Below are positions 40,501-49,070 of a DNA stretch of 64,000 nucleotides, one piece after another. A model generated the notes under the pieces. It did not search any database, was not told where the DNA came from, and saw only the letters and a program-made list of their open reading frames with translations. A program made the translations under genes and the position numbers. The DNA is from Myxococcota bacterium (GTDB lineage: Bacteria > Myxococcota_A > UBA796 > SXON01), in assembly GCA_040386535.1 (NCBI GenBank), contig JAZKFH010000012.1, forward strand, positions 50,371 to 114,370. The letters run 5' to 3'. The number at the start of each line of letters is the position of its first letter. Position 1 is the first letter of the stretch.

Positions 40501-40876
40501 AGGCGAGGAGCTCGGCGCGGTCGTAGTCCTGGCCCACACGCAGCTCGCGCACGTCGACCGCGTGCGGGGCGCGGAGGAGCAGCGCCTTGGCGGGGGCCAC
40601 GACCAGGGTGTTGGTCGCGGTGCGCGCGGTCAGCCGCTGGCGGGGGAGGTCGGGATGGGGGGAGACGCCGTCCCACGGCCGCCCGTCGTCCGCGGGGTAG
40701 AGCAGGGCGGACGCGCCGAAGAAGCGGAGCGCGCGCACCCAGTGATCCGCGTCCTCGCGTGTCGGCACCACGATCCAGGCCGAGCGCAGGCGGGACAGGG
40801 CGTAGGGGCCCGCACCGCCGACCAGCCCGCCGAGGGGGCGGCCGAGGAGCTTGGGTACGTCGGCGAGCCAGGCCAC
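37502..40876 (-). CDS. mfd: Transcription-repair coupling factor
   Basis: VVHDRHGIG (RID), ETPDQ, MDRLLVGDVGFGKTEVA, DEEHRFGV, SATPIPRTL, QLRGRIGR, DLELRGGG. Confidence 0.96.
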   Translation of the reverse strand: MAWLADVPKLLGRPLGGLVGGAGPYALSRLRSAWIVVPTREDADHWVRALRFFGASALLYPADDGRPWDGVSPHPDLPRQRLTARTATNTLVVAPAKALLLRAPHAVDVRELRVGQDYDRAELLAWLGARGYLATQRVEEPGCWSVRGGLTDIWSTGAAAPARIEWFDDEVASIRTFDAKTQRGTGKREFLRLLPAREATLDAASAERAAAYIHTLASERDVAPAERRRVLQDLRNGVWFPGAEDYLPALVDLAAVRPGAPLYVVEPDLVRAELRRFDEQVRARFDALDPEDRPLVRPFDRYLPVDEAHLEGGVPLTSLVFEGAVPFETRTTASLKVGAGDLSPVIKQLRAWHQDGRAVTVVAESAGRAERLRALFEPHGLTFGTGRARPGELGLEVGDLPQGFVSDEAVFVSADEIFVEHVERREAGVRSGSGDFRRAAAASFAGVRPGDLVVHDRHGIGQYQGLARMPLGEVAGDFVIVAFRDGEKLYVPVHRLDLLMPYRSVGEGATPRLDRLGGVTWDARRAKVKDAVLKMAHELLRLYARRKIVKAQAFYGKDALYQQFEETFPFVETPDQERAIADVLDDLRQEEPMDRLLVGDVGFGKTEVAMRACFRVVEGGAQAVLLCPTTILAFQHGESFRRRLEGFPIRVEVLSRFQSPADVKRIHTDLAAGSVDVLIATSRALGRAVRFKNLALVVVDEEHRFGVGQKEALKKLATGAHTLSMSATPIPRTLQMALSGVRQLSVMATPPTGRHPVRTEIARFSAERVREDVLHELRRGGQVFFVHNRVEDIEVIAQWVREVVPEANVAVGHGQMSDEGLERVLVGFVRRESNVLVCTTIIESGVDLPNVNTMIIDNADHLGLAQLYQLRGRIGRGTARATCTLLVRGAGDLRREAIARLRVLQENTELGSGFALASNDLELRGGGDFLGDKQHGHIAAIGFDAYLELLEEAVQEARGEASRRQLEPEIEVAAPSWIPDDYVPDLSERLETYQRLARARTRDEARSIVERLEHLYGPPPPEVLNLGWLSESRVRCRELGIENVAFLKVRLLVRLHAPTQVLPQTLERLLTNEPARFRRVGEREIEVRFTPQEGAHPFRVLEWVLQRLGERPDGPVADGRTKRR

Positions 40877-40877
40877 G

Positions 40878-41609
40878 TCAGACCGTCTGGGTGACCGTGG
40901 CCGGCGCCGCGGCCGGCTTCCGGAACAGATCCAGGTAGAACTGGACCATGCACAGGTCGATCGTGATGAGCACCATCGCGTCGATCACCCCGGCGAGCGC
41001 GATCGCCCAGATGCCGAGCTCCTGCAGCCAGAAAAATCCGCCGAGCTGGATGGGCGCCCACCAGAGGAGGAACAACGCGAACGTCCGGAAGATCGTGCCG
41101 CGCCGGCCCGACGTGAGCTTGCGCGAGCGGGCGAGGGGATCCTTCTCCTGCGTGTCGAGCGTCGCGATCGCGTCGACGAACGCGTACTGCAGGCCGAAGA
41201 GGATGCCGGGCACGATGACGATGATGCCGAGCTGGATGATGAACAACGCGCGGGCGTGGGCGCCGACGACGCGCGGAAAGCGGTTGAGGCCGAAGTTGAC
41301 GGCCTCGTAGAGGGACGCGGGCTTCTGCTTTTCGTGCTGGACCCAGAGGTACAGCGTGGCGGGGGCCGCCCAGGCGCCGACGATGCAGCCCCAGATCGTC
41401 AGCCAGATGGTCTGTGCCACCGTGCTGATGACCATGGCCTGCTGCGCCGTGCTGGCGGGCCAGAGCTGCAGCGCCGTGATGCTGACGAAGTTGGCGATGG
41501 CCCAGCCGACGCCGCCCATCACGACTGCGATGAGCAGCACGATGCCGAAGTTCTTGAACAGGACGCCGAAGGCGTTGCGGAGAACTCGAGCGATGCCGAT
41601 GCGGTTCAT
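40878..41609 (-). CDS. Hypothetical integral membrane protein
   Basis: About 5 TMs; IVPGI...and L.RSRKLT.GRR pattern; start uncertain. Confidence 0.7.
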   Translation of the reverse strand: MNRIGIARVLRNAFGVLFKNFGIVLLIAVVMGGVGWAIANFVSITALQLWPASTAQQAMVISTVAQTIWLTIWGCIVGAWAAPATLYLWVQHEKQKPASLYEAVNFGLNRFPRVVGAHARALFIIQLGIIVIVPGILFGLQYAFVDAIATLDTQEKDPLARSRKLTSGRRGTIFRTFALFLLWWAPIQLGGFFWLQELGIWAIALAGVIDAMVLITIDLCMVQFYLDLFRKPAAAPATVTQTV

Positions 41610-41676
41610 GGGCGGCCGGTCTAACGGAGAACGGCGCAGGCCGCACGGGGTTAGGTGCGGGGTCGGGGGGTTTGCC

Positions 41677-42744
41677 ATGCGCCCGGACATCTTCGAGATC
41701 GACGAGACGCCGCCGCCGATCCGCGAGCCGATCCGACTGTCCGCGCTCGACAAGGACGCGGTCCTGTTGTCGCTCACCGGCGGGTCGGTGGTCGACTGGA
41801 CGGGCCTGTCCTTCCGCACCTACGCGGATGTCGACAGCTTCCTCCGCCTGTGGTTGTGCGACGTGACGCAGGACGGGTGGGCCCGCGAGCGTCTGCAATA
41901 CGTCTACAACCAGGCCGTCAATTACCTCGAGGAGCACGTCGGGTTGACGTTCCGGCAGGAGGTCCGGCGGCCGCGGGACGTGCGGGACGCGTTTTTACGC
42001 GCGTCGATGCGTGACCGCTTCAGCCGCGACCGCATCCAGTACTGCGCCGTACTCAAGCTGATGCACGTGATCAACCACCTGGAGATGCAGGAGCTGCGCT
42101 CCCAGTCCGCCTTCCGCGAGATCGACCTCATCGAGCTCGCCAACGAGAAGGTGCTCGCCGCGGCGGAGCGGATGCGCGCGAACTTCCCGCTGCGCGCGTT
42201 CTACGGCAATCGGAAAACGCGCCCGAGCGTCATCACGAAGCTCCTGGCGAAGCGCGAATCCACGGCCGCGACGGTGTACGACAAGCTCCGCTTCCGCATC
42301 GTCACGGAGACCCGCGAGGAGATCGTGCCCGCGCTCGCGTGGCTGTTCCGCAACCTCGTGCCGTTTCCGGCGATCATCCCCGGCGAGAGCGTGAACAGCC
42401 TGCTCACCGAGGACGAGGTCGACGCCGCGTCCGATCTCCCCGAGCTGCGCGGCATCCTGCGGGCCCGCCCCCCGGACGCCAACCCCTACTCGGGGAACAT
42501 CTACCGGGTGATCAACTTCATCGTCGATCTCCCCGTGCCCGTCTACGAGATCCCCGGCGTGGTGGCCCCCACGCACCCGGCGCTCCTCGGCGCCGCCGTG
42601 GCCGTCCTGGTCGAGTTCCAGATCGTCGACGCCGAGAGCGAGACCGCGAACGAGGACGGAGAGAGCCGGCACGACGCCTACAAGCTGCGCCAGCGGGCCC
42701 GGGTCTACGAGCGGCTCGGGCGCTCCCCGCAAGCGCGTCGGTGA
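41677..42744 (+). CDS. TIGR04552-like protein with RelA/SpoT-type nucleotidyltransferase motifs
   Basis: L.GGSVVDW, LKLMHVINHLE, KT..S..TKLLAK, YDKLRFRIVT, YRVINF, VEFQIVD, H..YK.RQ. Confidence 0.75.
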   Translation: MRPDIFEIDETPPPIREPIRLSALDKDAVLLSLTGGSVVDWTGLSFRTYADVDSFLRLWLCDVTQDGWARERLQYVYNQAVNYLEEHVGLTFRQEVRRPRDVRDAFLRASMRDRFSRDRIQYCAVLKLMHVINHLEMQELRSQSAFREIDLIELANEKVLAAAERMRANFPLRAFYGNRKTRPSVITKLLAKRESTAATVYDKLRFRIVTETREEIVPALAWLFRNLVPFPAIIPGESVNSLLTEDEVDAASDLPELRGILRARPPDANPYSGNIYRVINFIVDLPVPVYEIPGVVAPTHPALLGAAVAVLVEFQIVDAESETANEDGESRHDAYKLRQRARVYERLGRSPQARR

Positions 42745-42801
42745 GATCTCCTGGCGTGACAGGCGGCCGCGGGTAGGATAGCCGGCCGGCCGGAGTTGAT
42801 C

Positions 42802-42942
42802 ATGTCCAAGACTGCGCCCAAGAAGAACCGGAACAAGTCCTCCCGTCATCGCGCGAAGCTGAAGGCCAAGCACACCAAGCAGCGCATGCGCGCGCGCGGT
42901 GAGCTCACCAAGCGCCGCCCCGGCGGCCGTCTCCGCCGATAA
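42802..42942 (+). CDS. Small highly basic protein (46 aa), not in ORF track
   Basis: MSKTAPKKNRNKSSRHRAKLKAKHTKQRMRARGELTKRRPGGRLRR*; GGAG RBS upstream; mostly G/C third positions. Confidence 0.7.
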   Translation: MSKTAPKKNRNKSSRHRAKLKAKHTKQRMRARGELTKRRPGGRLRR

Positions 42943-42951
42943 GCGCCGCCC

Positions 42952-44427
42952 GTGGGCCTCGGCCGCCGTCACGCCGGGGTGCTCCTGCACCCCTCGAGCC
43001 TTCCAGGACCGGGCCCCATCGGTGAGCTCGGCCCGTACGCGGACGCGTTCCTCGAGTGGATGGCGCAGGCGGGGCTCGACACGTGGCAAGTGTTGCCTCT
43101 CCACCCGGTCGGACCGGGTCAATCTCCGTACGCCTCGCCGTCTGCCTTCGCGGCGGACCCGCGGCTCATCGCCGTCGAGACCCTGGTCGCCGACGGCATC
43201 CTCGAGCCCTCGCCCCTGCCCTGGGGCTCCGAGCGCGCCGACTTCGACGCGGTGGCTGCCTGGAAGATCCCGCTGCTGCGCACGGCCGCCGCGCGCGTCG
43301 CGAGTGATCCGGCGTGTCGAGCCTACGCCGAAGCCGAACGCGGCTGGCTGGACGACTGGTCGCTCTACGCCGCGCTCGCGCGCGTACATGGCGGCGGCTG
43401 GTGGGACTGGCCGGCGGACGCCGCGCGGCGCCGTGGCCTCGCGAAGCTCCGCAAGGAGCACGCGGCGCTGGTCGCGGAGGAGGAGGCGCTCCAGTGGCTC
43501 TTCCACCTGCAGTGGTCGCGCCTCCGGGACGCGGCCGCCCGGCGCGGGATCCGCCTCCTGGGGGACATCCCCATCTTCGTGCTCGGAGACGGCTGCGACA
43601 CCTGGGCTCACCGCGACCTGTTCCGCTTGAACGCCGACGGTCGCCCCGACCCCGTTGCCGGCGTGCCACCGGACTACTTCTCCCCGCTGGGCCAACGCTG
43701 GGGCAACCCGACGTACGCCTGGGACCGCCACGCCGCCACCGGGTACACCTGGTGGACCGAACGCCTGCGCCGCGAGCTGGCCCTGGTGGACGCGGTGCGG
43801 CTCGACCACTTCCGCGGCTTCGCGGCCGCGTGGGCGATCCCGGCTTCGGAAGCCGACGCCCGCGTCGGGAAATGGGAGCCGGGCCCCGGGCGCCCGCTGT
43901 TCGACGCGATGGCCGCCAGCATCGGCAGCCTGCCCATCATCGCGGAGGACCTCGGCGTGATCACCCCCGACGTCGCCGCCTTGCGGGACGACCTGGGGCT
44001 GCCGGGCATGAAGGTGCTGCAGTTCGCCTACGGCGGGGACGCGGCGCACCCGTTCCTCCCCCACAACTTCGAGCACGCGCGCTGGGTGGCCTACACGGGC
44101 ACCCACGACAACGACACGACCGCCGGCTGGTACGCCGCGACGGACGAGCGCACCCGCCACCGCTTCCGCGTCACCTGCGGGCGGGACGGCAGCGCGCCCG
44201 CGTGGGCGATGATGCGCGAGGTCTGGGGCAGCATCGCCGAGACCGCCATCGCGCCGATGCAGGACTTCCTCGGGCTCGAGAGCGACGCGCGCCTGAACAC
44301 CCCGGGCGATCCCGAGGGGAACTGGGCCTGGCGCCTGCGTGACCTGCCGTGGCAGGTCTGCGGCATGTCGCGGACGCTCGGCGAGGTGTTCGGGCGCACG
44401 CCCGGGGACAGTTTCGCAACGACCTAG
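42952..44427 (+). CDS. malQ: 4-alpha-glucanotransferase (amylomaltase, GH77)
   Basis: GVLLHPSSLP, WQVLPL, SPY, GVPPDYFS..GQRWGNP, RLDHFRGF, AEDLG, YTGTHDNDT. Confidence 0.96.
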   Translation: MGLGRRHAGVLLHPSSLPGPGPIGELGPYADAFLEWMAQAGLDTWQVLPLHPVGPGQSPYASPSAFAADPRLIAVETLVADGILEPSPLPWGSERADFDAVAAWKIPLLRTAAARVASDPACRAYAEAERGWLDDWSLYAALARVHGGGWWDWPADAARRRGLAKLRKEHAALVAEEEALQWLFHLQWSRLRDAAARRGIRLLGDIPIFVLGDGCDTWAHRDLFRLNADGRPDPVAGVPPDYFSPLGQRWGNPTYAWDRHAATGYTWWTERLRRELALVDAVRLDHFRGFAAAWAIPASEADARVGKWEPGPGRPLFDAMAASIGSLPIIAEDLGVITPDVAALRDDLGLPGMKVLQFAYGGDAAHPFLPHNFEHARWVAYTGTHDNDTTAGWYAATDERTRHRFRVTCGRDGSAPAWAMMREVWGSIAETAIAPMQDFLGLESDARLNTPGDPEGNWAWRLRDLPWQVCGMSRTLGEVFGRTPGDSFATT

Positions 44428-44462
44428 GCGCCGCAACGGAGGCCGCCCCCCCGGGGAGCGCC

Positions 44463-45554
44463 CTACTTGAACTGCTTGGCCAGCTTGAGGCCCTGCATCT
44501 GGTAGTTGCTGCCGTCGTCTCCGTAGAGCTGGTCGGGCACCTCCGCGTTGCGGAGCAGCTCGATGCGGAACAGGGGCTGTCCGTGCTCGAGGAGGAACGG
44601 CACGTCGTGCGTGCGGATCTCGAGCACGAGGCGCGCGCCCCGCCCCGAGGTGTCGAGGCCGAAGCCCGAGTCGATGAACCCGGCGTAGTGCGTGCGGAGC
44701 TCGCCCTTCGTCGCGTCGTAGGGGACCAGCTCCGCGCAGAGATCCGGCGGGATGCACAACCGCTCGCGCGTGGCGAAGATGTAGAACTGCTCGGGCTCGA
44801 GCACCTGCCCGTCCGAGGAACGGTCGACCGGCAGGGAGGTCCAGTACACGTCGCGCGGCAGATCGCGCCGGGACAGGTCGATCGGCGGGCGATGCCGGAG
44901 CGCGAGGTAGCCGGCGATCCCGTCGATGCCGTCATTCAGATCGACGGACATCTGGATGCCGGGCGGATCGTCGCTCACGATTGCCGGGCGCCCGTCCGAC
45001 CAGTAGCAGATCGGCGAGGTCTCCTGGCGCGTCTTGAGCTCGTCGATCCCGATCGCGGGCCGGCCGGTCGCAAGCCGGAGCTGGCCGAGGCAGTCGCCGC
45101 GCCGAACGGACACGTGGAAGCTCTGCGGGGTGATCTCGAGGAACAGGCGCCCGCTGTAGCCGGGGGGAACCGTGTCGAACGAGTGGCCGTGCTCCGTCAG
45201 GAGCCGAACGAACACGTCCAGACGGCCGGTAGACGACTTCGGGTTGGCGCGCCCGTGCACGAGTGCGGGCAGGTCCAGCACCTCTTCTACTTCGGCGAGG
45301 TAGACGCCGCGGTGCCGCAGGACGGTCGGGCGGTCCGTATCGAGGCGCTGCTCATCGAGCGCGAGGCGGCCCAGGCGCCGCTCGACCCCCGCGTTTCCAG
45401 GAAGGAAGCTGCACTGGAGCTGCCAGATGCGGGCACCGAGCCGAAGATCGAGGGACGAGGGCTGGATCTGCGCGGGGCGCACGGGGTAGAGCGAGCGGAT
45501 GGCGCCCGACGCGACCAGCGCCCGCAATTGCTGGCTGACGAGGATGCCGTCCAT
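44463..45554 (-). CDS. dcd: dCTP deaminase (long two-domain type)
   Basis: QIQPSSLDLRLG, ANPKSSTGRLDVF, GELRTHYAGFIDSGFG, YQ.QGLKLAKQF. Confidence 0.9.
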   Translation of the reverse strand: MDGILVSQQLRALVASGAIRSLYPVRPAQIQPSSLDLRLGARIWQLQCSFLPGNAGVERRLGRLALDEQRLDTDRPTVLRHRGVYLAEVEEVLDLPALVHGRANPKSSTGRLDVFVRLLTEHGHSFDTVPPGYSGRLFLEITPQSFHVSVRRGDCLGQLRLATGRPAIGIDELKTRQETSPICYWSDGRPAIVSDDPPGIQMSVDLNDGIDGIAGYLALRHRPPIDLSRRDLPRDVYWTSLPVDRSSDGQVLEPEQFYIFATRERLCIPPDLCAELVPYDATKGELRTHYAGFIDSGFGLDTSGRGARLVLEIRTHDVPFLLEHGQPLFRIELLRNAEVPDQLYGDDGSNYQMQGLKLAKQFK

Positions 45555-45701
45555 GCGACGCTACTCCGGTCCCGAAAGGCGTCGGTATATGCCGTCGGCG
45601 CGCTCGGCGAATGACGGGCGTGCCGCGCGCGGGCGAACGACGGAGACGTCGAACGGCGCCACGACCGTGTTACACGCGCCCGTCCCCGAGGGAGGCCGAC
45701 G

Positions 45702-46007
45702 ATGCCCGTCTACAACATCCACCTCCAGAGCCCCGACAAGTCGGTCGACATGATCGTGCCGTGCAGGCACGATCAGCCGATCCTCGAAGCGGCGGAGGCC
45801 CAGGGCCTCGCGCTCCCGTACTCCTGCCGCAGCGCCGCCTGTGCCACGTGCGCGGGGCGGATTCTCTCCGGCTCGGTCGACCTCGACGAACAATTCATCC
45901 TCGGTGACGCGGACCTCGAAGGCGGGTTCACGCTGCTCTGCAGCGCGCTCCCCACCTCCGATTGCCGCGTCCTGACCCACCAGCAGCCGAACGTCGAAGG
46001 CGTCTAG
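45702..46007 (+). CDS. Plant-type 2Fe-2S ferredoxin
   Basis: [13 protein letters not shown]...LLC. Confidence 0.92.
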   Translation: MPVYNIHLQSPDKSVDMIVPCRHDQPILEAAEAQGLALPYSCRSAACATCAGRILSGSVDLDEQFILGDADLEGGFTLLCSALPTSDCRVLTHQQPNVEGV

Positions 46008-46102
46008 TCCTCGCACGGGATGCACATCCGGCCAGCCGCGCACGTTGCACGTTGCAGCGCATCGCGCTAAGGGCGCTGGCCGCTCGATTAGGGAGTTTCA
46101 AG

Positions 46103-46300
46103 ATGGCCGAGAACACCAAAGCAAAGTCCGAAGACGCCGATTACAAGGATCCGGCCCGGCTCAAGCGCTTCCTCACCGAGCGTGGCAAGATCCTTCCCCG
46201 CCGCATCACGGGGCTCTCCGCGAAGCAGCAGCGCCAGATCGCTCTCGCGATCAAGCGCGCTCGCCATCTCGCGCTGCTCCCCTACATCAACCGCGAGTAG
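46103..46300 (+). CDS. rpsR: 30S ribosomal protein bS18
   Basis: [22 protein letters not shown]...KQQR....[21 protein letters not shown]. Confidence 0.95.
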   Translation: MAENTKAKSEDADYKDPARLKRFLTERGKILPRRITGLSAKQQRQIALAIKRARHLALLPYINRE

Positions 46301-46310
46301 CGGGGCGTAG

Positions 46311-47045
46311 GTGGCTCGCTTCCGCCCGCGTGCTGGCCCGACGATCGGGGTGGCGCTCGGAGTAGCGATCCTCGCGAGTCTCGGATCCTGGCAGCTTCGT
46401 CGACTCGACGAGGCTGCCGGGGTCCGTGCTCGTTTTTCCGAACGGCTCACCGAGCCGCCGTTCGATGCGTTCGCGCCCCCCGCGGATCCCGACCTGCATC
46501 GGGTCCGGGTGTCCGGCGTGCCGGACTGGGACCACCACGTGCTGCTCTCGGGCAAGTACATGTGGGGGGACGCCGGGTACCAGCTCATCGTGCCGGTGCG
46601 CGCCGAAGCTGGCGCGGCCGTCGTCCTCGTGAACACGGGCTGGGTCCCCGCTGACGAGGCGGCGCTGATCGTCGCGCGCGAGCGGGAAGTGCCCGGGGTA
46701 CGCGCCTACGAGGGGCTGGCTCGGGTCTACCCCGAGGAGCCCGGCGCCGAGGGCTCGTTCGCGCCCGAGGATGGCTACCAGCGCCGCTGGCGCGCGATCT
46801 CGCCGAAGGCGATGGCGCCGGGCGCCCCGGTCCCGTCGTTCGTGGTGGTGGAAGGGGAGGGGTTGGCGACCGACGCCGCGATCCCCGACCGCGTGCCGCC
46901 CATCGGCGGATGGCGCACGGAGGCGCCGGAACGTCCGCACTTCCAGTACGCCGTCACCTGGTTTTCGCTGATGTTGACGCTGGTTCTCGTGTGGGCCTCG
47001 GCCTCCGTGCAGCGCGACGCCGCGCCCCCGGAACCCCGCGCCTGA
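46311..47045 (+). CDS. SURF1 family oxidase assembly protein
   Basis: LGSWQLRR, VLVNTGWVP, HFQYAVTWF. Confidence 0.9.
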   Translation: MARFRPRAGPTIGVALGVAILASLGSWQLRRLDEAAGVRARFSERLTEPPFDAFAPPADPDLHRVRVSGVPDWDHHVLLSGKYMWGDAGYQLIVPVRAEAGAAVVLVNTGWVPADEAALIVAREREVPGVRAYEGLARVYPEEPGAEGSFAPEDGYQRRWRAISPKAMAPGAPVPSFVVVEGEGLATDAAIPDRVPPIGGWRTEAPERPHFQYAVTWFSLMLTLVLVWASASVQRDAAPPEPRA

Positions 47046-47123
47046 TCGGCGTCCTGGCGGCGTGCATTCCCTTGCCGGTGCCATCTCGATGCGATACGCG
47101 GCCTCCCTTTTCGAGGGACCCCG

Positions 47124-48068
47124 ATGAGGCGCCTGAACGCCGGCACCGATGCTTCTCCGGCCCTCGGGAAGTTGTTCTTCGGGCTGGCGGTGGTCACGTA
47201 CGGCCTGCTGGTGTTCGGAGCGAGCGTGCGCGTGCACGGCGCCGGGCTCTCGTGCCCCGACTGGCCGCTCTGCTTCGGCGAGATCATCCCGACGCTCAAC
47301 TTCGAGGTGTTCCTCGAGTGGGGGCACCGGGTGCTCGCCAGCGTCGTGTCGTTCGGGTTCCTCGGCCTCGGCGGCGCGGTTTTGCTGCGTCCGGCCTTGC
47401 GGGCCCGCGCGGGCGGCCTGATCCTCTTCGCGGCCGTCGTGCTCGCGATCCAGGTGGTGCTGGGCGGCCTCACGGTCCTGCACCTGCTCGCCGACTGGAG
47501 CGTCACGCTTCACCTGCTCACGGGCAACCTGTTCTGCGCCCTGCTGGTGCTCGCCGGCCTGAAGCTCCAAGCCGCTCCCGAGAGCGCGCCGGTCGCCGTC
47601 TCCCCGGCCCTCCGCATCGTCGGGTGGCTGCTGGCTGGGATGGTGGTCGTGCAGATGGCGCTCGGCGGCCTGGTGTCCAGCAACTACGCCGGGCTGGCCT
47701 GCACCGAGTGGCCCACCTGCAACGGGGGCGTCTGGTTCCCGGTGTTCGACGGCATCGTCGGCCTGCAGATCTTCCATCGCCTCGGCGCCTACACGCTCCT
47801 GGCGCTCTCCACCGCCTTCTTCCTGCTGGCGCGCGCGGCCCCCGGCGCCGTCCGCCCGGCCGGCGTCGTGCTCGGCCTCGTCTGCCTCCAGGGCGTGATC
47901 GGCATCACCAACGTGCTGCTCGCCATGCCCGTCGAGATCGCCATCGCGCACTCCGCCGTGGCCGACCTCATCGTCCTGTCCACCACCTGGGCGCTCTGGC
48001 GCGTGGCACAGCTCCCGGTCCGCGGGCCCGGTGGCGTCCCCTCTCTGTCCGCGCCGGAGCATGCGTGA
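47124..48068 (+). CDS. ctaA: Heme A synthase
   Basis: GLSCPDWPLC, EWGHR, GLACTEWPTC, HR. Confidence 0.92.
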   Translation: MRRLNAGTDASPALGKLFFGLAVVTYGLLVFGASVRVHGAGLSCPDWPLCFGEIIPTLNFEVFLEWGHRVLASVVSFGFLGLGGAVLLRPALRARAGGLILFAAVVLAIQVVLGGLTVLHLLADWSVTLHLLTGNLFCALLVLAGLKLQAAPESAPVAVSPALRIVGWLLAGMVVVQMALGGLVSSNYAGLACTEWPTCNGGVWFPVFDGIVGLQIFHRLGAYTLLALSTAFFLLARAAPGAVRPAGVVLGLVCLQGVIGITNVLLAMPVEIAIAHSAVADLIVLSTTWALWRVAQLPVRGPGGVPSLSAPEHA

Positions 48069-49024
48069 GCGACGCCGTGATGACCATGCCGCAGACCGTT
48101 ACCGCCCACCTCCGCATGTGGTTCGAGATGACGCGGCCCCGCGTCCTCGTCCTCGTGCTCTTCACCGGCCTCCCGGTGCTCGGCATGCACGGCTGGCCCG
48201 CGTGGCGCGAGGCCGTGGCCGTGTTGTTCGGCACCGCGCTGGCCGGCGCCGCCTCCAGCACGCTCAACGCCTACGTCGAGCGCGACTCGGACGCCCACAT
48301 GGCGCGCACCCGCAACCGTCCGTTGCCCGCGGCCACCGTCGCGCCGTCCCACGCGTTGTGGCTCGGCAGCGGGCTCGCGGTGGTGTCGACGCTCGTGTTG
48401 TGGGCGGTCGGCGGGCTCCTCGCGGCCGGGGTCGGCGTCGCCACGATCCTGTTCTACGTCTTCGTCTACACGCTCTGGCTCAAGCCCCGCACTCCCCAGA
48501 ACATCGTGATCGGCGGCGCCGCGGGGGCCACCGCGCCTCTCATCGCCGAAGCCGCGCTGACCGGGCAGCTCACCTGGGCCAGCGGGGTGTTGTTCCTCAT
48601 CATCTTCTTGTGGACGCCGCCGCACTTCTGGGCGATCGCGATCTTCCGCAAGAAGGAGTACGCGGCGGCCGGCTTCCCGATGATGCCGAACGTGGTCGGT
48701 GACCACGCGACGCGTCGGCAATCCGTCGTCTACACCGTGCTTCTCCTGCTCGTCACCCTGGCGCCGGTCCCCATGGGCCTGCTCGGGCCGATCTACGGAG
48801 TGGTCGCGCTCGGCGCCGGGGCCTGGTTCCTCATCGCCGTGCTCGGGTCGCTCCGGGCTGATGACCCCAAGGTCGACTACCAGGTCTTCAAGATCTCGGT
48901 CGCCTACCTTTTCCTGCTTTTCGGCGCGATGCTGGTCGATTGCGCGGTTCGGCCGTTTGCCGACTCCCTGGAGGCGGCCACGGGCTTGCACTCCGTGTGG
49001 GTCGGCTGGCCTCCCGTGATATAA
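48065..49024 (+). CDS. ctaB: Protoheme IX farnesyltransferase (heme O synthase)
   Basis: ERDSDAHMARTRNRPLP, YTLWLK..TPQNIVIGG, LWTPPHFWA. Confidence 0.94.
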   Translation: MSDAVMTMPQTVTAHLRMWFEMTRPRVLVLVLFTGLPVLGMHGWPAWREAVAVLFGTALAGAASSTLNAYVERDSDAHMARTRNRPLPAATVAPSHALWLGSGLAVVSTLVLWAVGGLLAAGVGVATILFYVFVYTLWLKPRTPQNIVIGGAAGATAPLIAEAALTGQLTWASGVLFLIIFLWTPPHFWAIAIFRKKEYAAAGFPMMPNVVGDHATRRQSVVYTVLLLLVTLAPVPMGLLGPIYGVVALGAGAWFLIAVLGSLRADDPKVDYQVFKISVAYLFLLFGAMLVDCAVRPFADSLEAATGLHSVWVGWPPVI

Positions 49025-49070
49025 GCGCGCCCCTCTTGCAGCCCTCCACGTGCGCACCGCAGGACCTCGT

